Positions 1 to 15,453 are shown, counted from the first letter of the stretch. The stretch is DNA of 64,000 nucleotides from the human T2T-CHM13v2.0 reference genome, Homo sapiens (GCF_009914755.1 NC_060926.1); one strand, 5' to 3'. A program made the numbers and translations. The notes: generated by a model not told the origin, from the letters alone.

Positions 1-39
1 CTAATACAGTGTGGGAGGTGCCCACTCTGTATTAGTTAA

Positions 40-199
40 ATGACCAGATCTCATGAGAACTCATTATCTTTAAGACGGCACCAAGCCATGAAGCATCTGC
101 CCCTATAATCCAAGCACCTCCTGCCAGGCCCCACTTCCAGCATTGTGGATTGCAATTCACCATGAGATTTGGGCAGTGACAAATATCCAAGCTATATCA
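40..199 (-). mobile_element. MaLR (MST-type) LTR fragment
   Basis: ccagatctcatgagaactc...gagatttgggcag...atccaagctatatca matches the reverse complement of the MST LTR 5' end as recalled. Confidence 0.7.
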
Positions 200-1920
200 G
201 GAGTGCTATCCAAAACATATGACAGATGCCTTTAATCAATGAGAAAAAAATAAAAAATCCAGTAGAAAAATGGACTGAAGACTTGAGTTGCACATTAGAA
301 ACCAGACTAGCTAATAACCATGTTTATATTAATATAGTTTAATAAAATGCCCATTATCTTGAAATAGATTGATGTATTTATTCAGCAGCTTATTGTAGCT
401 GCACTGTCTACAAGGTGCAATTTAAAGACATTTAGAGAATTTCTAACACTGATTTTAATTGTTAATGGAAGTTTAAAGATCTTGAAAATCAGAATGAGAT
501 GGACAAGTGACTTCTAGTTCATTCATTTTATCTTAATGTTTGTTAAATATCACTTATTCTCTGTTCCCTGATCAGTCACAAATTCTTTGATCTACTAAAG
601 CAAGTTATCTATACAAGTGTAATAAAATGTCAAGAGGGAAATTTTAGTTAAAAATCTTTGTAAAATTACATAAATGAATATGGCAAATGTTTTGTTATGA
701 TGATCCCTTCTGTATACTGCATGCCCCAAATTATATTTAAGTGATTAAATGGTTTTCTGCTTTTCTTTAACTTGGAAATCCAAACTTACCACCAAATAAA
801 AAAATAGCTTTGACAAGGAGAGTTGAATGCAATTAGGGCAATTACTAATTTGTACTTTTAAATTGGATGACTTTCTGCCTTTTTTCCCTCTAATATTTCT
901 CCTACAAAAAATGCTGTAGCTCTCCAGCAGTTCTAGGAAATAGTGCATGAGGAGATGATGCTAGCTCATGAGGAGATGATGTTAGCTTTTTTATATTTCA
1001 TCTAAATTTAATCTACAGCCTAGTATCAGCAGGGAGAAAAGACATTACAAAGGCAAACTGATGATGATGTTCTTTGTAAATGACTGTATCACCAGTGATT
1101 GGTTATGCCCTCAGGGCGAATTCATAGCTGTCAGTGCTTTTATTTCATTTTAATAAAATCTTACTCACTTGGGGTCGTGGATGATTGAGGCAGTAGCTCT
1201 ATAAGTTGCAGTTTTTCTTTTTTGCCTTTTATTATTGACCCTCAAAATATACGTCTTTGGGTGGTTGTGTTTTTTTATTGCACAAAGTTCCCGAATTGAG
1301 ATTGTTTTTCTTCTCATGAAATTAAAATTGTACTTGTGAAATATCTGGAAAATCCTATAATAATAGCCTTTCCTCAACTTATTTTGTTAAAAAAAAAAGC
1401 TTTCCAAATTAAACAAACAAACAAAACACTGAAAATAAGGTGCTTTTTGGGGGTATACATCTATCATTCTTTAGTATTTAATGATAACTCTAAGAGAAAG
1501 CTATAGGAAATTGATTTGTATTTTAGTTTCATTTTTTGCAGGGATAATGCATCCTTTGCACCACTTCTAAAGTTATAGCATGATCTGTTGAAGTTTTAAT
1601 TTATAATCTCATGAATTTGTTAAAAGGCATACACCAACAATGTCTCTCATGTAGGTAGTTATATCTTTTAATCATGGTGAGGTTGGGTTTGCCAATATTT
1701 TGCCTGCTCTTGTTTGCTTTTAGAATCAAAGTTAAACTTGTCTCATTGAAGCAGTTGGGAGTCCTTAACCCTTTTGTGATATCAAGAAAAGTTTGAATAT
1801 TCAGAAAAATCTTTAAATCCACTGGGGTCTTGTTTTGGGAGGGATTGAAAAGATTTTTAATTATTGATTGTACTTCTGAAATATTACAGGTCCAATTCAA
1901 TCTCCTTTCTCTAATAATTA

Positions 1921-2230
<310 letters not shown>

Positions 2231-4215
2231 AAATACTTTCAAACAGGCTGCACATACATACACGTAAACATACTTTAAAAAAATCTATTTGGTGTTATTA
2301 GGTAATTGTCTCTTTTGGCCATATTTACAAATGTATTCCTATAAAGTATTTACAGTATTCTGTTATTTTTCAAAACTTTTATTTTTTGTGTAATTATGCC
2401 ATTGTTTTCATTCCTAATTTTTTGGTGTGTAATCTTCCTTTTTGTTTATTAATATTGTTAGGTTTTTGTATACTTTGTAACTTTTTAAAAGCTACTTTTT
2501 GGACTTCATGTACGTATAGCATTTTAGTTGGAGTATATGTAGTTTGACATTGATTTTTTAACTTATTCAGTGAGTAATATGAATTTAGGTTTACGTTAGA
2601 GGATCAAACATTAGACTTGAGTATCATTTTTACTCTTCATTTTGGAATCTCCTGTATTAACAGTTTTAGGAAAAGGAAAAGATGATCATGGACCATACTC
2701 ATGGGTTCACTTTCTTTGTGGCTGGATTTGCTGACTGCCAATATTTAACCAAGTATAATTTAAATATTAAGTGCTTTCCGCTGAGGAAAACATACTCAAA
2801 CAGAATATTGCGTGATCTCTGGGTTTGTGATGCTTTTGTAAAGAAATGTAGTTTCCTTAAGTATGTTACCTTTTCCAGTCTTAAACAATGTTATGCCTTT
2901 GTATTTAACATCCTAGCCTTTGTAAGTTTGGGACCATGTCAGTATTTAACGTTGTTTAGAGACTCATCTGAAGTTTTAAAATGCTCATGAATGAGAAGAA
3001 CATGGTCTTAGCCTATAATCAGAAGCAAGCGTCACTTAAAGAATATTCAGAGTTCAGACCAAAGCTATGTGGATTCCTGTTCTGACTCTTGCTTCTCCTG
3101 TTAGTTCAACATTCCTGACTCTGATGACCATGACATACTCAAGGAAAGGGAGCCTTCGCCCAAAAGGATGAGGAATACAGGGCACGATTCCCAAGTTCAG
3201 CAGCGGACACAAGCTCAGAGCCTGTCAATTTGTCATGTGCTTGTTGCACTCAAAAGCTCAACCTGCCAAGAGCCAGAGGACAGCTTTGAGAGAGAGAAAT
3301 TAGGAGTGGCTGTTAGCATGGTGAAAGATTTCTAAACATTGTTTAAATTGTAACTTGAATTTAAAAATCAAACATTCACTACTCTTTTTAGGAATACAAT
3401 ATTGCATAAATCACACTGCATCTCCATTCTTATGCAATCTTGTGTATAGTTTGACTAATAAAATAATGGCCGACCAAATTTGTGTCATCTCTGTTTTAAA
3501 TTTCTACCTCTGCTCTTTATCTCCAAGTTTTATTTTACCGCTTTCTTGTAACAGATTTAAAGGATAGAAATATGATGTATGGCCAGATTCTTATGAAATT
3601 GAATGGTCAGAACTAGGTGGATTATATTCATTCTGTCTTCAAAGATGTGTCTTTTTTGTGGTTGTTATTGCTCAGCATATGTCCATTCCCAGGGTGGTAA
3701 TTACTTTGCTGTGATGTCTCCAGAGGAAGTCTCATTTAAACTGATGAAATAGATAGAAGGAAGGGTAATAGAGATCGGTGCTCTCTATAAGATTGTACTT
3801 AAAAAAAAAAAACACCAAAGATCTGCATTATGTAGATTGCTTTGTCATATCCTAAAGCTTATTTGTTTTAAAAACCCAGTGATATTATGACAAAATGCCT
3901 ATTTGACTTATGGAAAGAGCCAATTTTAGCTTGAATCTAGTTAGAATTTTTAAGGCACCTCATAATAGGTCCTTTTTGTTTTTTGAAGCAACTCTTGTTA
4001 TCTTTGCTAACATGGAAATAGTGGCAAACATAATATAAAATAGTGGATATTGTAATAGTTCTAACTTTGAGATCTGTTTACTACTTTGATTTGAATGTGG
4101 ATGGTCTTCATAGTGGGAGTTTCATTTAAACAAATAAGACAATTCCTCTTTCAGGAGGTAGAAAGAAAGCTGTGTTGTTTGCTTGAGAGATTTGATTAGA
4201 ATCTTCCTTCCTATA

Positions 4216-4631
4216 TGTCTTAGTTCATTTTGTGCTGCAATAACAGAATACCTGAGGCTAGGTAATTTATAATGAACAGACATTTATTTGGCTCACCATT
4301 CTGGAAGCTGGGAAGTCTAAAATGCTGGGGCCGCATCTGGTGAGAGCTTTTTTGCTGCATCATAACGTGGTGGAAGGCATTACATGGAGAGAGAGCATGC
4401 ATGAGAGAGTGAGCAAGAGAGGGCCAAATTTGCATTTATTACAGACCCACTCGCGAGATAACAAAGTTGCTCCCGAGATAATGAATCCACTCTTGTGATA
4501 ATGTCATTAATCCATTCATGAGGACATTTCCCTTATGACCTACATGTTAAAGGTCCTACTTGTCAACACTGTTGCCTTAGGGTTGGAGTTTCCAACACAT
4601 GGACTTTGGGGGACACATTCAAACCATAGCA
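4216..4631 (-). mobile_element. MaLR solo LTR (MSTC/MSTD-like)
   Basis: TG...CA termini (tgtcttagttc ... aaaccatagca) and typical MST internal motifs. Confidence 0.8.
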
Positions 4632-5104
4632 TTGTAGTTTCTTATTTTTTAATTGTAATAAGAAATTAGTAGGAGAAAATAAATGGTAAAGAAACTAGCC
4701 ATTGTCAGGAAATTAGTGCATTTCGGATATGGAAGTTGGGGGACTCAGTTTCTCCATACTAAGAATTATTTTTCATATTTCTTCTTGTGATGTCTAGTTG
4801 TCTCTATTAAGCAAAATAGAAGACTCTTTTAACCAGTTAGTTGATAACTTTGCTTTTTTCCTTTGAGTCCTGGAGAAATGGGAGGTATACCATAGCTTCT
4901 TTTCTCTTTAATATATAAATAATAATTATGGTACTTATAAGAGTTAGATTTATTAAACTTTTAAGTCTAAGTTTATGCTTAAATTTTTTTGATACCAAAA
5001 TTATGAATTCATATTTAATTGTATTTTTGTTGTAATTTTGAGTTACAACATTATTGTATTATATTCTTTTTTAAATTTAATTATATTCTTTTTTAATTTG
5101 TTAG

Positions 5105-5277
5105 ATACACACAAATCCATGTTTTTACCAGTCTTCAGAGAAGAGTCAGCTCTTACCATTGAAGCCAAATCTATGGTGCTATTTGAATCCTGGAGACAGC
5201 TTTTCTTTGTTAGTTGACAAATACATTTTCCGCATTCTCTCTATACCCTCTGAAGTGGAAATGCAATGTACCTTAAG
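5105..5277 (+). CDS. APLF: APLF coding exon 3, C-terminal part of the FHA domain (IHTNPCFYQSSEKSQLLPLKPNLWCYLNPGDSFSLLVDKYIFRILSIPSEVEMQCTL)
   Basis: ttag acceptor, gtaagt donor; 173 nt ending in phase 2; translation matches recalled human APLF residues 57-114. Confidence 0.96.
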
Positions 5278-5387
5278 GTAAGTGCCTGATGAAATGAGAG
5301 TAAGAATGTTATTTTTAATCTAATTCCTCAGCCATCACAAATCCTTCGGTAGGAACCAGTAGAAACCATTAAACTGGAGATAGAGTA

Positions 5388-5466
5388 GGTGTGTAATGTG
5401 TGTGTACGCATGTGTGTGTGCATGCCTTTGCATGTGTGTGTGTTTTGTGCACATGCATGTGTGTAT
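5388..5466. repeat. Imperfect (TG)n/(TGCA) microsatellite
   Basis: Read directly from the sequence. Confidence 0.85.
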
Positions 5467-5879
5467 CTGTTTCTAGAAAACATTTGACTTTGGAAACTTA
5501 CTATGCGTTGATAGCAGTTGCTCCCACAGGTGGTGTCTTTTACCATTGTATTGAGAATGTATTTTCCATCTAACAGTATTCAATATAGTTAATTCGAAAT
5601 TGACTACCTTTTCCTCATTTTTTTAGCTTTTTGAATTTTATTAAGGTATTAACTTCTGACTTACACTTGTCTAACTCCTCTTTCTTATAAAAATAGCAGA
5701 AAATATAGAACAGAGAAACTGAGGAAATGAGGTATTAGAATAAATATACTGATGTCTGGCTTACAGTTAAAATTCATACACTAGTTTTTTTAGTCAGAAG
5801 ATTATTTGGCTTCATTTCAGCTTTTAAATTATAGAATGGATAAACTAGACTTATAGAAGTAGATGGACAGAATTATGCG

Positions 5880-7160
5880 GAGTATGTTCTCTGATAGCAA
5901 TAGTATTAAGTCAGAAATCATTAACAATAAAATAGCTACACAAATATACAAATACTTTGAAATTAAATAACACATTTCTAAATTACCCTTGGGTCAAAGA
6001 GAAGTCATAGGGAAATTGGAAAACATTTTGAACAGAGTGATACTGAAAACAGCATAAAAATTTGTGAGATGCAGCTAAATTAGCCCTTAGGGGGAAGTTT
6101 ATAGTCGAATGCCTGTATTAGAAGAGAAGAAATCTGTAAAACCAGTGATCTGTGCTTCTACTTTAGGAGGATAGACAAAAAGCAAATTAATCCCAAAGAA
6201 AATAGAAAAAAAGAAAGTAAGAACTAGAAGTCAGTGAAATAGAAAATGGCCAAAATAAAATCAGTAAAGCTATGGGCTGGTTTGGTGAAAAGATTAATAA
6301 AATTGGTGAAACTGTAGTAAGGCTTACTGAGAAAAAAGTGAGAAAACACAAATTATCAGTATCAACAGTAGAAGAGGGGATATCATTACTGCTACTACAG
6401 ACCTTAGAAGAATAATGAGGAAATATTACGTAAAACTTTATGCCAATAAATTTGGCAGTTAAAATGAATGGGTACATTTCTTAAAAAACAAAACTGATGC
6501 AGGAAAAATAGAAATCTGATGAATTCTATATTCATTTTAAAAATTGAATTCATAATTTAAGTATTTCCCATAAGGATCTTCACTAATGAATTCTATTAAA
6601 CTTACAAGGAAGAAATAATGCCAATATTATTCTTTTTTCTCAAAAAATAAAAGAAGATATACTTCCCAACTCATTTTATGAAGCTTCTGTAATTTAGAAA
6701 CTAAAATCAGACAAGATTTTACAAAAAACCCTCAAAACTACAGACCAATATTCCTCATAATAAAGTATTTACAAATCAAATCCAGCAATATGTAAAAAGG
6801 ATAATACTCTATTACCAAGTGGGGCTTGTCCAAGGGATACAAGGTTAGTTTATCGTATAAAAATCGAAGCAATTCACCATAACAGACTAAAGAACTATCA
6901 TTTTAATAGATGCTCAAAAATAATTTTGACAAAATTCAACACCTCTTCATGATTTTTAAAAGTTTTGAGAAAACAAGAAAAAGAAGGAAACTTTTTTCCT
7001 ACAAAAAACCTATTAGTGAAATGTTGAAAGTTCTTCCCCTAAGATTGGGAATACAACAAAGATAAAATATATCAGATTTGAAAGGAAGAAGTAAAACTGT
7101 GTTTATTTGCAGATGACATGATTTGTATTTAGAAAATCCTTAGTAATCTACCAAAAAGAA
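5880..7160 (+). mobile_element. Old L1M ORF2 fragment
   Basis: A-rich degenerate ORF2 motifs (aaactacagaccaatattcctcat, tttgcagatgacatgat) with many stops. Confidence 0.8.
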
Positions 7161-7930
7161 AAGCAAGCCACAAAAGTGTCTATTATATGATTACATTTAT
7201 ATTAAGTTCTGTAATAAGTAAACTAATCTGTTAAATAGAAATGTAATCAATGGTTGTTTCCAAGGGGATTGACTAGTAAGAAGCTACAAAGGAGCTTTTT
7301 GTTTGGCTTTGTTTCAGCTTTTAAACAAATATGGACATATTCTGTGTCTTGTTAAGGGTGCAGATTATGTGGGTGTACGCATTTGTCAAAACTAATCAAA
7401 TTTCACACTTCAGATATGTGCATTTCATATATAAATTATATCTAAAAATGCTTAAATGTAAGTGGAAAAAAATGTCAGGAAGTTGCTTTTTAGTTAAATG
7501 AAATTCATTAATCATTGCTTACTACTTTAAAGTACATGTCTTTTTCTCTTATCATACATGTATGAAGCGTGCTATTTAAACTAGCTGTTGAAATGAGACA
7601 TGTAAAGAACTGATTTTTTTGTTACAATAAACTTTCATAATAGAATTACATACTTTTTTCAAAAATTAGGAAAATGTGCATCCTTATGAAACACAATATG
7701 GTCATTACCTGATAACTTATTTAAGCTATTATATGTCTATTTAAATTTCATTTATATTGATTCAAATTAGCTTATTCCCTTAGTGTGAAAGACCAGTGTC
7801 TTTAGGGCAAGTGTCACACTTTAAATTTATCAGGTTATGGGATTAGTGAATTTTGAATTTTTTCGTATTGATGAAACTGAAAATAAACCCACTTTCACAG
7901 CACTGTACTTTTCTCAGGCTATTTAAACCT

Positions 7931-8504
7931 TGGGTTCTGTCATTTGCTAGAAGGGCTCACAGAACTCAGGAACAGTTTACTTACTAGATTACGGATTTAT
8001 TACAAGTGCTATATTACAGGATACAAATTAACAGCCAGATGAGAAGATACATAGGGTGAGGTCTGGAAGGATCCCCAGCACAGGAGCTTCTGTTCCAGTG
8101 GAGTGTTGGGGTACACCACTCTCCCAGCACATGGACATGTTCTTGTTCACCAACCTGGAAGTCCTCTGAACTTTGTCTTTTTGGGTTTTTATGGAGGCTT
8201 CATTACAAAGGCATGATTGAGTAAATCATTGACCAGTATGATTAAGTCAATCTCCAGCCCCTTTTCCCTCCCTGGTGGTGAGGCTGGGAGTTCCTACCCT
8301 CTAATCATGATTGGTTTTCCTAACAACCAGCCCTTCATCTTTAGAGGCTTTCCAAAAGTCACCTCATTAACATACATTCAGGTGTGGTTGAAAGGGGTAT
8401 ATTGTGAATAACAAAAGACGCTCCTTTCACCTGTTTCAGAGCTCTAGCCAGGAACCAGAAGTGAAGACCAAAATATGTATTTCTTACTATATCATACCAT
8501 CACA
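7931..8504 (-). mobile_element. MER21-like ERV LTR
   Basis: ggctcacagaactcagg, acagccagatga...atacatagggtgaggtctgg, ends in atcataccatcaca. Confidence 0.7.
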
Positions 8505-8879
8505 GGCACATTCTTGTGGTTTCTGCCATTAGCTAGGTCCTGTAGCTTCTTAGTGAATATTTAGTTTCCTATTGAAGCAAGGACAGTACTTCTGTAGTCA
8601 GGTAATGATGAGTTAACCCTAGTTATTAGATTAGAAGCCATGAGGGGAGGTGGGGGCAGATCTTGAATTGCAGTATCATCATGAGAGATGTCTACCCGGG
8701 GGAGGCAGCTGCCTGATTTCCAGAGAGGGAGAGTCCACTGTCTGCTAGCAAGGGGAAGTGGACTATGTATTAGATAGGAAGCATTGAAATACACTTCTAG
8801 ACGTTTCTTGATATCGTTGGGGTTTTCCTGTTTTTGAACTAGCTCTGTTTTGCAGGGTCAACCACATAAAAACACTGCT

Positions 8880-9100
8880 TACTGTTGTACAAGCTTTACA
8901 TGTATGAACTTTTTATTCTCCATAATAATCTCTATGAGGACTAGGTATTGTTAATATCCCTATATGACAGATGAAGAAATTGGGACACAGAAGGTTTAAG
9001 ACTTGCCCAAGGTCACAGCTTAATACATGGCAGAGGTGGGATCCAAACTCAAGCCAGCTGTTTCCAGAGTTGATGCTCTTACTAACTACCCTCTGCTGTA
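8880..9100 (-). mobile_element. MIR SINE
   Basis: MIR core acagatgaagaaattgggacacagaaggtttaagacttgcccaaggtcacagct. Confidence 0.8.
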
Positions 9101-10499
9101 TGAGAATGTTTACTATAGCACTCATTTGAATTGTGAAAACACCTGCAGAAAGGCTAAATAAATTTGGTGTAGTCCTATAACTATATGAAAGAGAATGAAC
9201 TAAGAGAGAGCTCAGGTTAAAACATGGATAAATCTCCCTACCATAATGTTGAGGGAAAAAACCCAAAAAGGTTATAAACATATAAAACATACATAATTTC
9301 TATAAAATAATGGATGCATATATACAAATAATGAAAGTATAAAGACATGCATAGGAATAATAAATATCAAATTCAGGCTAATGTTTACTTTTGGAGAAGG
9401 AATGGGAGGGAAGGAGCAAGATTGAGGCTGGGCATGGAGAGGGCTTGAATTGTATTTGTAATTAATCTGGAGCAAATATGAGAAAATGTTTCTATCGGGG
9501 TGGTAGATACACAAGTATTTATATTCATAGATATGTAGATAGACTACATATATTCTCTATATATTTTTGCATGTTGAAATATTTAAGACATTAAAAAAGA
9601 ATAGAAAAAAGCTTATATGCTTTGTAGAAGTTGTTAGGACTCCTTTGCCATAATTCTTTTCTTCCAGCCAGTTTGAATTTAAGAAAGGGATCTGAACCAC
9701 AAACCAACCATAGAAGAGCTTGTCATTTCTTTAGGTTTTCCTTTTACTCACATTAAAATGTTTTTTATATAGTATTTAGATTCTGTATAATTAGTCCTAC
9801 TCATTACCTACTTTGAAGGAACATTTAAGTCTATAGATGTCAGTTCTAGTTTGTTCATTTTTCACTCTTTTCTCTACATATGTGTCTATGAAATTATTCT
9901 GCCAGGAGTACCAAAACTCATGCTTTTTTGAGAAGTCAAAGAGAAAACCAAATAAGGAGAAGAATACTTGGTTTTATATTTTAGTAAATTAAATTATAGC
10001 ACATTTCACTTAGAAGCACTAATATTAATTCTTCCTCCCCAATAGTGGGTGCTTAATAAGTGTTGGTTTTTTGAATGCATTAATGAAATATCTGAGGATA
10101 TTAAACTGAGTGATAATGTGATAAGTATAACATTTTGTTTTCATAGCTGAATTTCATTGCTGATGAGGAAGTATGACATTTTCACTCTAGGGAGATTATT
10201 TATTTTCAGACACTTATGAGGAAAGTAAAGTAAATCCTTTGTTATACTGAATTACTTTTTTTTCAAATTGTTGAAAATCTAAGTATGTAGATTCCATATA
10301 AATAACTACTAATTTTAATCATTGATATTGAAGAAACAATAAAATGGTGATGAAAATGTCATGATAGTATGATAATATGCAAGTTTCAAATTCATTTATA
10401 ATTATTTAAAATGTAGTTTTAGATCCAGCTCATTCATAATAGTAGCATATTTTATATTAAAGATATGAAAATACATAACATAAACAAAATTTGGAATAT

Positions 10500-13400
10500 A
10501 TTTGAAAGACTTAAGAATAACTTAATTGCCAAAACAATCTTAGAAAAAAAGAAAAGAGTTGGAGGGTTCACACTTCTGGATTTCAAAACCTACTATGAAG
10601 CTACAGTAATCAGGACAGTCCTGGTGTAAAGAAAGACATATAGATCAAGGAAATAGAATTGAGGGTCCAGAAGTAAACCCCTACATTTAGGGTCAGTTGG
10701 TTTTTGACAAAGGTGTCAAGACAATTAAATGGGGGAAAGAATGGTCTTTTCAACAAATGATGCTGGGACAATTGAATATCCACATGCAAAAGAATGAAGT
10801 TAGTCTCCTGCTGCACACCATATAAAAATTAACTTACAATGGATCAGAAGTCTAAATATAAGCACTAAAACTACAAAACTCTTAGAAAAAAACAGGTGTA
10901 AATCTTTGTGACCTTGCATTAGGCAATGTTTATAACACCAGAAACACAAGCAAACAAAGGAAAAGTAGATAAATGGGACTTCATTACACTTAAAAGTTCT
11001 GTGCTTCTAAGGACACAGTTAAGAAAGTGAAAAGATTTAGTGCCATCCCCATCAAGCTACCAATGACTTTCTTCACAGAATTGGAAAAAACTACTTTAAA
11101 GTTCATATGGAAACAAAAAAGAGCCCACATTGCCAAGACAATCCTAAGCCAAAAGAACAAAGCTGGAGGCATCACTCTACCTGACTTCAAACTATACTAC
11201 AAGCCTACAGTAACCAAAACAGCATGGTACTGGTACCAAAACAGAGGTATAGACCAATGGAACAGAACAGAGCCCTCAGAAATAACACCACACATCTACA
11301 ACCATCTGATCTTTGACAAACCTGACAAAAACAAGAAATGGGGAAAGGATTCCCTATTTAATAAATGGTGCTGGGAAAACTGGCTAGCCATATGTAGAAA
11401 GCTGAAACTGGATCCCTTCCTTACACCTTATACAAAAATTAATTCGAGATGGATTAAAGACTTAAATGTTAGACCTAAAACCATAAAAACCCTAGAAGAA
11501 AACCTAGGCAATACCATTCAGGACATAGGCATAAGCAAGGACTTAATGTCTAAAACACCAAAAGCAATGGTAACAAAAGCCAAAATTGACAAATGGGATC
11601 TCATTAAACTAAAGAGCTTCTGCACAGCAAAAGAAACTACCATCAGAGTGAACAGGCAACCTACAGAATGGGAGAAAATTTTTGCAATCTGCTCATCTGA
11701 CAAAGGGCTAATATCCAGAATCTACAAAGAACTCAATCAAATTTATAAGAAAAAAACAACCCCATCAAAAAGTGAGTGAAAGATATGAACAGACACTTCT
11801 CAAAACAAGACATTTATGCAGCCAACAGACACATGAAAAAATGCTCATCATCACTGGCCATCAGAGAAATGCAAGTCAAAACCACAATGAGATACCATCT
11901 CACACCAGTTAGAATGGTGATCATTAAAAAGTCAGGAAACAACAGGTGCTGGAGAGGGTGTGGAGAAATAGGAACACTTTTACACTGTTGGTGGGACTGT
12001 AAACTAGTTCAACCACTGTGGAAGACAATGTGGCGATTCCTCAGGGATCTAGAACTAGAAATACCATTTGACCCAGCCATCCCATTACTGGGTATATACT
12101 CAAAGGAATATAACTCATGCTGCTATAAACACACATGCACACGTATGTTTATTGCAGCACTATTCACAATAGCAAAGACTTGGAACCAACCCAAATGTCC
12201 ATCAATGATAGACTGGGTTAAGAAAATGTGACACGTATACACCATGGAATACTATGCAGCCATAAAAAAGGATGAGTTCATGTCCTTTGTAGGGACATGG
12301 ATGAAGCTGGAAACCATCATTCTCAGCAAACTATCGCAAGGACAAAAAACCAAACACTGCATGTTCTCACTCATAGGTGGGAATTGAACAATGAGAACAC
12401 TTGGACACAGGAAGGGGAACATCACACACCAGGGCCTGTTGTGGAGTGGGGGGAGGGGGGAGGGATAGCATTAGGAGATACACCTAATGTAAATGACGAG
12501 TTAATGGGTGCAGCACACCAACATGGCACATGTATACATATGTAACAAACCTGCATGTTGCGCACATGTACCCTAGAACTTAAAGTATAATAAAAAAATA
12601 ATAATATACAAAAAAAGAAAGTGAAAAGACAACCACAGAATGAGAAAATATTTGTAAATCACATATAACAGACTTATATTCAGAATATCTAAAGAATCCT
12701 CAACAATGCAAAGGCAAACAACCCAATTTTAAAATGCATAACTGATTTGAATAGACATTTTTCCAAAGAAGGTGTACAGGTGGTCAGTAGAACATGAAAA
12801 AATGTTCAACATCACTAGTCACAGGGAAATGCAAATTAACACCGCAATGAGATACCACTTTACATCTACTAGGAAAGCTATAATCAAAAATATAATAACA
12901 AGTGTTGGTGAGGTTGTGAAGAAACTGAACTATTATACATTGTGGTGGGATTATAAAATGGTATAGCCTCTTTGGAACATATTCTGGCAGTTCCTCAAAA
13001 GTTTAAACATGGAATTACTGTGTGGCTCAGCATTTCCACTCCTATGTATATACCCAAAAGAATTGAAAACCTATGTCCACATCAAAACTTGTACATAGAT
13101 GTTCACAGCAGCATTATTCATAATAGCCAAAAAGTGGAAATAACTCAGCTGTCCAGCAACTGTTGAATAGATAAACAAGTATTGTATAGTCATACAGTAG
13201 AATATTATTTGGCCATAAAGAGGAATGAAATATTTACATATGCTACAACACAGGTGAATCTTGAAACATTATGCTAAGTAAAAAAGCTAGACACGAAAGA
13301 CCACATACTGTATTTCATTTATATGAAATATGTAGAAAATGTGATCTTTGGAGACAGAAGGTAGATTAATGGTTGCGAGGAGCAGGAGGAAGAGGCAATA

Positions 13401-13575
13401 GGAAGAGATTGCTAATGCATATGGAATTTCTTTTTGAGGTGTTGAATATGTTCTAAAATTAGATATTGGTGATAGTTGCACAACTCTGTTAACATACTAA
13501 TAACCACTGGATAGTACACTTTAACAGGATGAATCTTATGACTATATGGATTATTTTTCAATAAAGCAGTTATAA
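10500..13575 (+). mobile_element. Older L1M (MB-like) 3' portion, interrupted by a younger L1PA
   Basis: ORF2 3' end and 3' UTR ending aataaagcagttataaaaa; sequence is continuous across the L1PA insertion. Confidence 0.8.
11036..12614 (+). mobile_element. 5'-truncated L1PA4/5-like element with a frameshifted ORF2p C-terminus
   Basis: ORFs 11027-11779 and 11776-12231 are L1 ORF2p; G-rich 3' UTR and A tail; perfect 15-bp TSD aagaaagtgaaaaga at 11021-11035 and 12615-12629. Confidence 0.95.
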
Positions 13576-14404
13576 AAAAGGATAACTCAATTACCTTTAC
13601 TAGACTACATTTAACTTTCCAAGTTTTAATTTTTTATTTAAAATATTCTGTAGTGATGCTTTATAAATCCTGTGATAGTTGATTACTCATAGATGTATTT
13701 GAAGATAAAATAAAAATATATATCACAGTGACAGTGTTTTATATTTAAATAAATGTGTAGTAGAATAATTTGTACTTGTACTTTTTGAATAAAATGTTAA
13801 ATAGAATTTTGTTCTGAAATTTTTTTTGTTACGTTTATTGTGGGTAACTATTAATAAAAATTACATATGGACTATAGAGTGTATATGAATTCATCTCAGA
13901 CTTATGCCACAATAGAAAATAAACTAGAAATGGAATTGATGATGTTACTTAATTCCTAATACTATAAATTGTGAAAAATCATCAAACTACTATTGAATGT
14001 TTCTTAATATTTTTCATGTTAAATATTAAGAAAACTTGAAAAAAATTATAATTTGGAAGTACACCTGTAACCTGTGAGTAAAACAGGACTGGGTATTGTA
14101 GTGGAGTGAACTTTCATAGCTAGGACAATCAGACATTTCCAAGATATGTCTCCAGCACCTGGCACAGTGTTTGACACACAGTAGAAGTTTTAAAAATATT
14201 GATTGAATGAACAAAAAATGTGATGCTGCATAGTAATTTACTCTAAGTAAATTTTCTCTTTTGGCTGATTCTTGCCATTGACATTGAAGGCTGCCTTTGA
14301 AGGAGATTATTCCCTGTATAAGAAATACTAAAACGAACAAATAAAACAAGCGGTTAATTAGACTTTTCTCAGCTAGACACACTTCTAAAATCTTATATCT
14401 TTAG

Positions 14405-14790
14405 TTTTTAAAAATTCACATTTAATGAGGACAATTTACACACAGTAGAGTTCATCCCTTTTAAATGTGCAATTCAATGCACTAAAAATGATAATATAGT
14501 CATTTAAAATACTACTAGAGTGAGATATAGAACATTTCCATTTCCCCAAATGTTCTCTCCTGGCTCTTTGTAGTCTGTCCCTTCACTCCACCCCCAATCC
14601 CTGGCAACCATTAATATGATTTCTGTCCCTGTAACTTTACCTTTCAGGATGTCATATAAATGGAGTAATACAATATACCTTTTGTGTCTGGCTTCTTTCA
14701 CTTAGCAAAATGCCTTTGGGATTCATCTATATTCTTGCACACATCAGTAGTTCATTCCTTGTTATTTCTGAGTAGTGTTTCATCTATAGT
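14405..14790 (-). mobile_element. L1M (MC/ME) 3' end
   Basis: Antisense L1 3' UTR motifs (ccctggcaaccattaat, tcatataaatggagtaatacaatat). Confidence 0.7.
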
Positions 14791-15453
14791 TTCAAATTTT
14801 CGAAAAGACAAATTCGTTGGATCATGTCTATGCATACATAAGTATTAATAACCCAACAACTTTGGATGACCTTACTGCATATTGCAGAAGTATGAGGTAA
14901 TTGGTTCTGCTGGCATGTCCCACATGTGACCATGGATGTTCCTGTTCCAGAACATTTAGCTTGCAGCTATACTACAAGTTTGGGGATATTTCATAAGTAG
15001 CTCTTTAATACTTCCCTGAACTTCAGTAGCAGTTATGTGTCAACTTAAACTCAGGATTTTATTTATTTTTTCTCCAAACGTCTAACTAGCTTAGCTGATG
15101 CCCTTGCAGTTTACATTATCTCTCTAGAGGCTGGGTGGTGATCTTAATTTCTGTGGACCATCTGGACAAATATTAAATAAAGAGCTCTTAAGCCTTGACA
15201 GAAATGGCTGCCACACATCTCAAAAATAATTGTGGTTTCTAGGCCCATGATTTGGAAAGATTGATGTATTTTATGGCAATACAGCAGGTAGGAAATAAAG
15301 AACATATTCTAGTCTATATATTCTAGTATACTATAATCTGCTTTTTTTGGTTTTGCTAAGTCTGAGTAAAGGGACATAACTTAGATGTAGTTCTAAGGCA
15401 GCAGAAGTGTGTTAAATTTAAAATTAAAGACCAGTTTCTATTTTATCTTATAG

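Noticed and set aside
946-987. 21-bp tandem duplication catgaggagatgatg(c/t)tagct with TGATG motifs
   Set aside because: Simple local duplication; no convincing C/D box pair or terminal stem for a snoRNA
11027-12231. 250-aa and 151-aa ORFs
   Set aside because: Frameshifted C-terminal ORF2p of a 5'-truncated L1PA; not an active element or host gene
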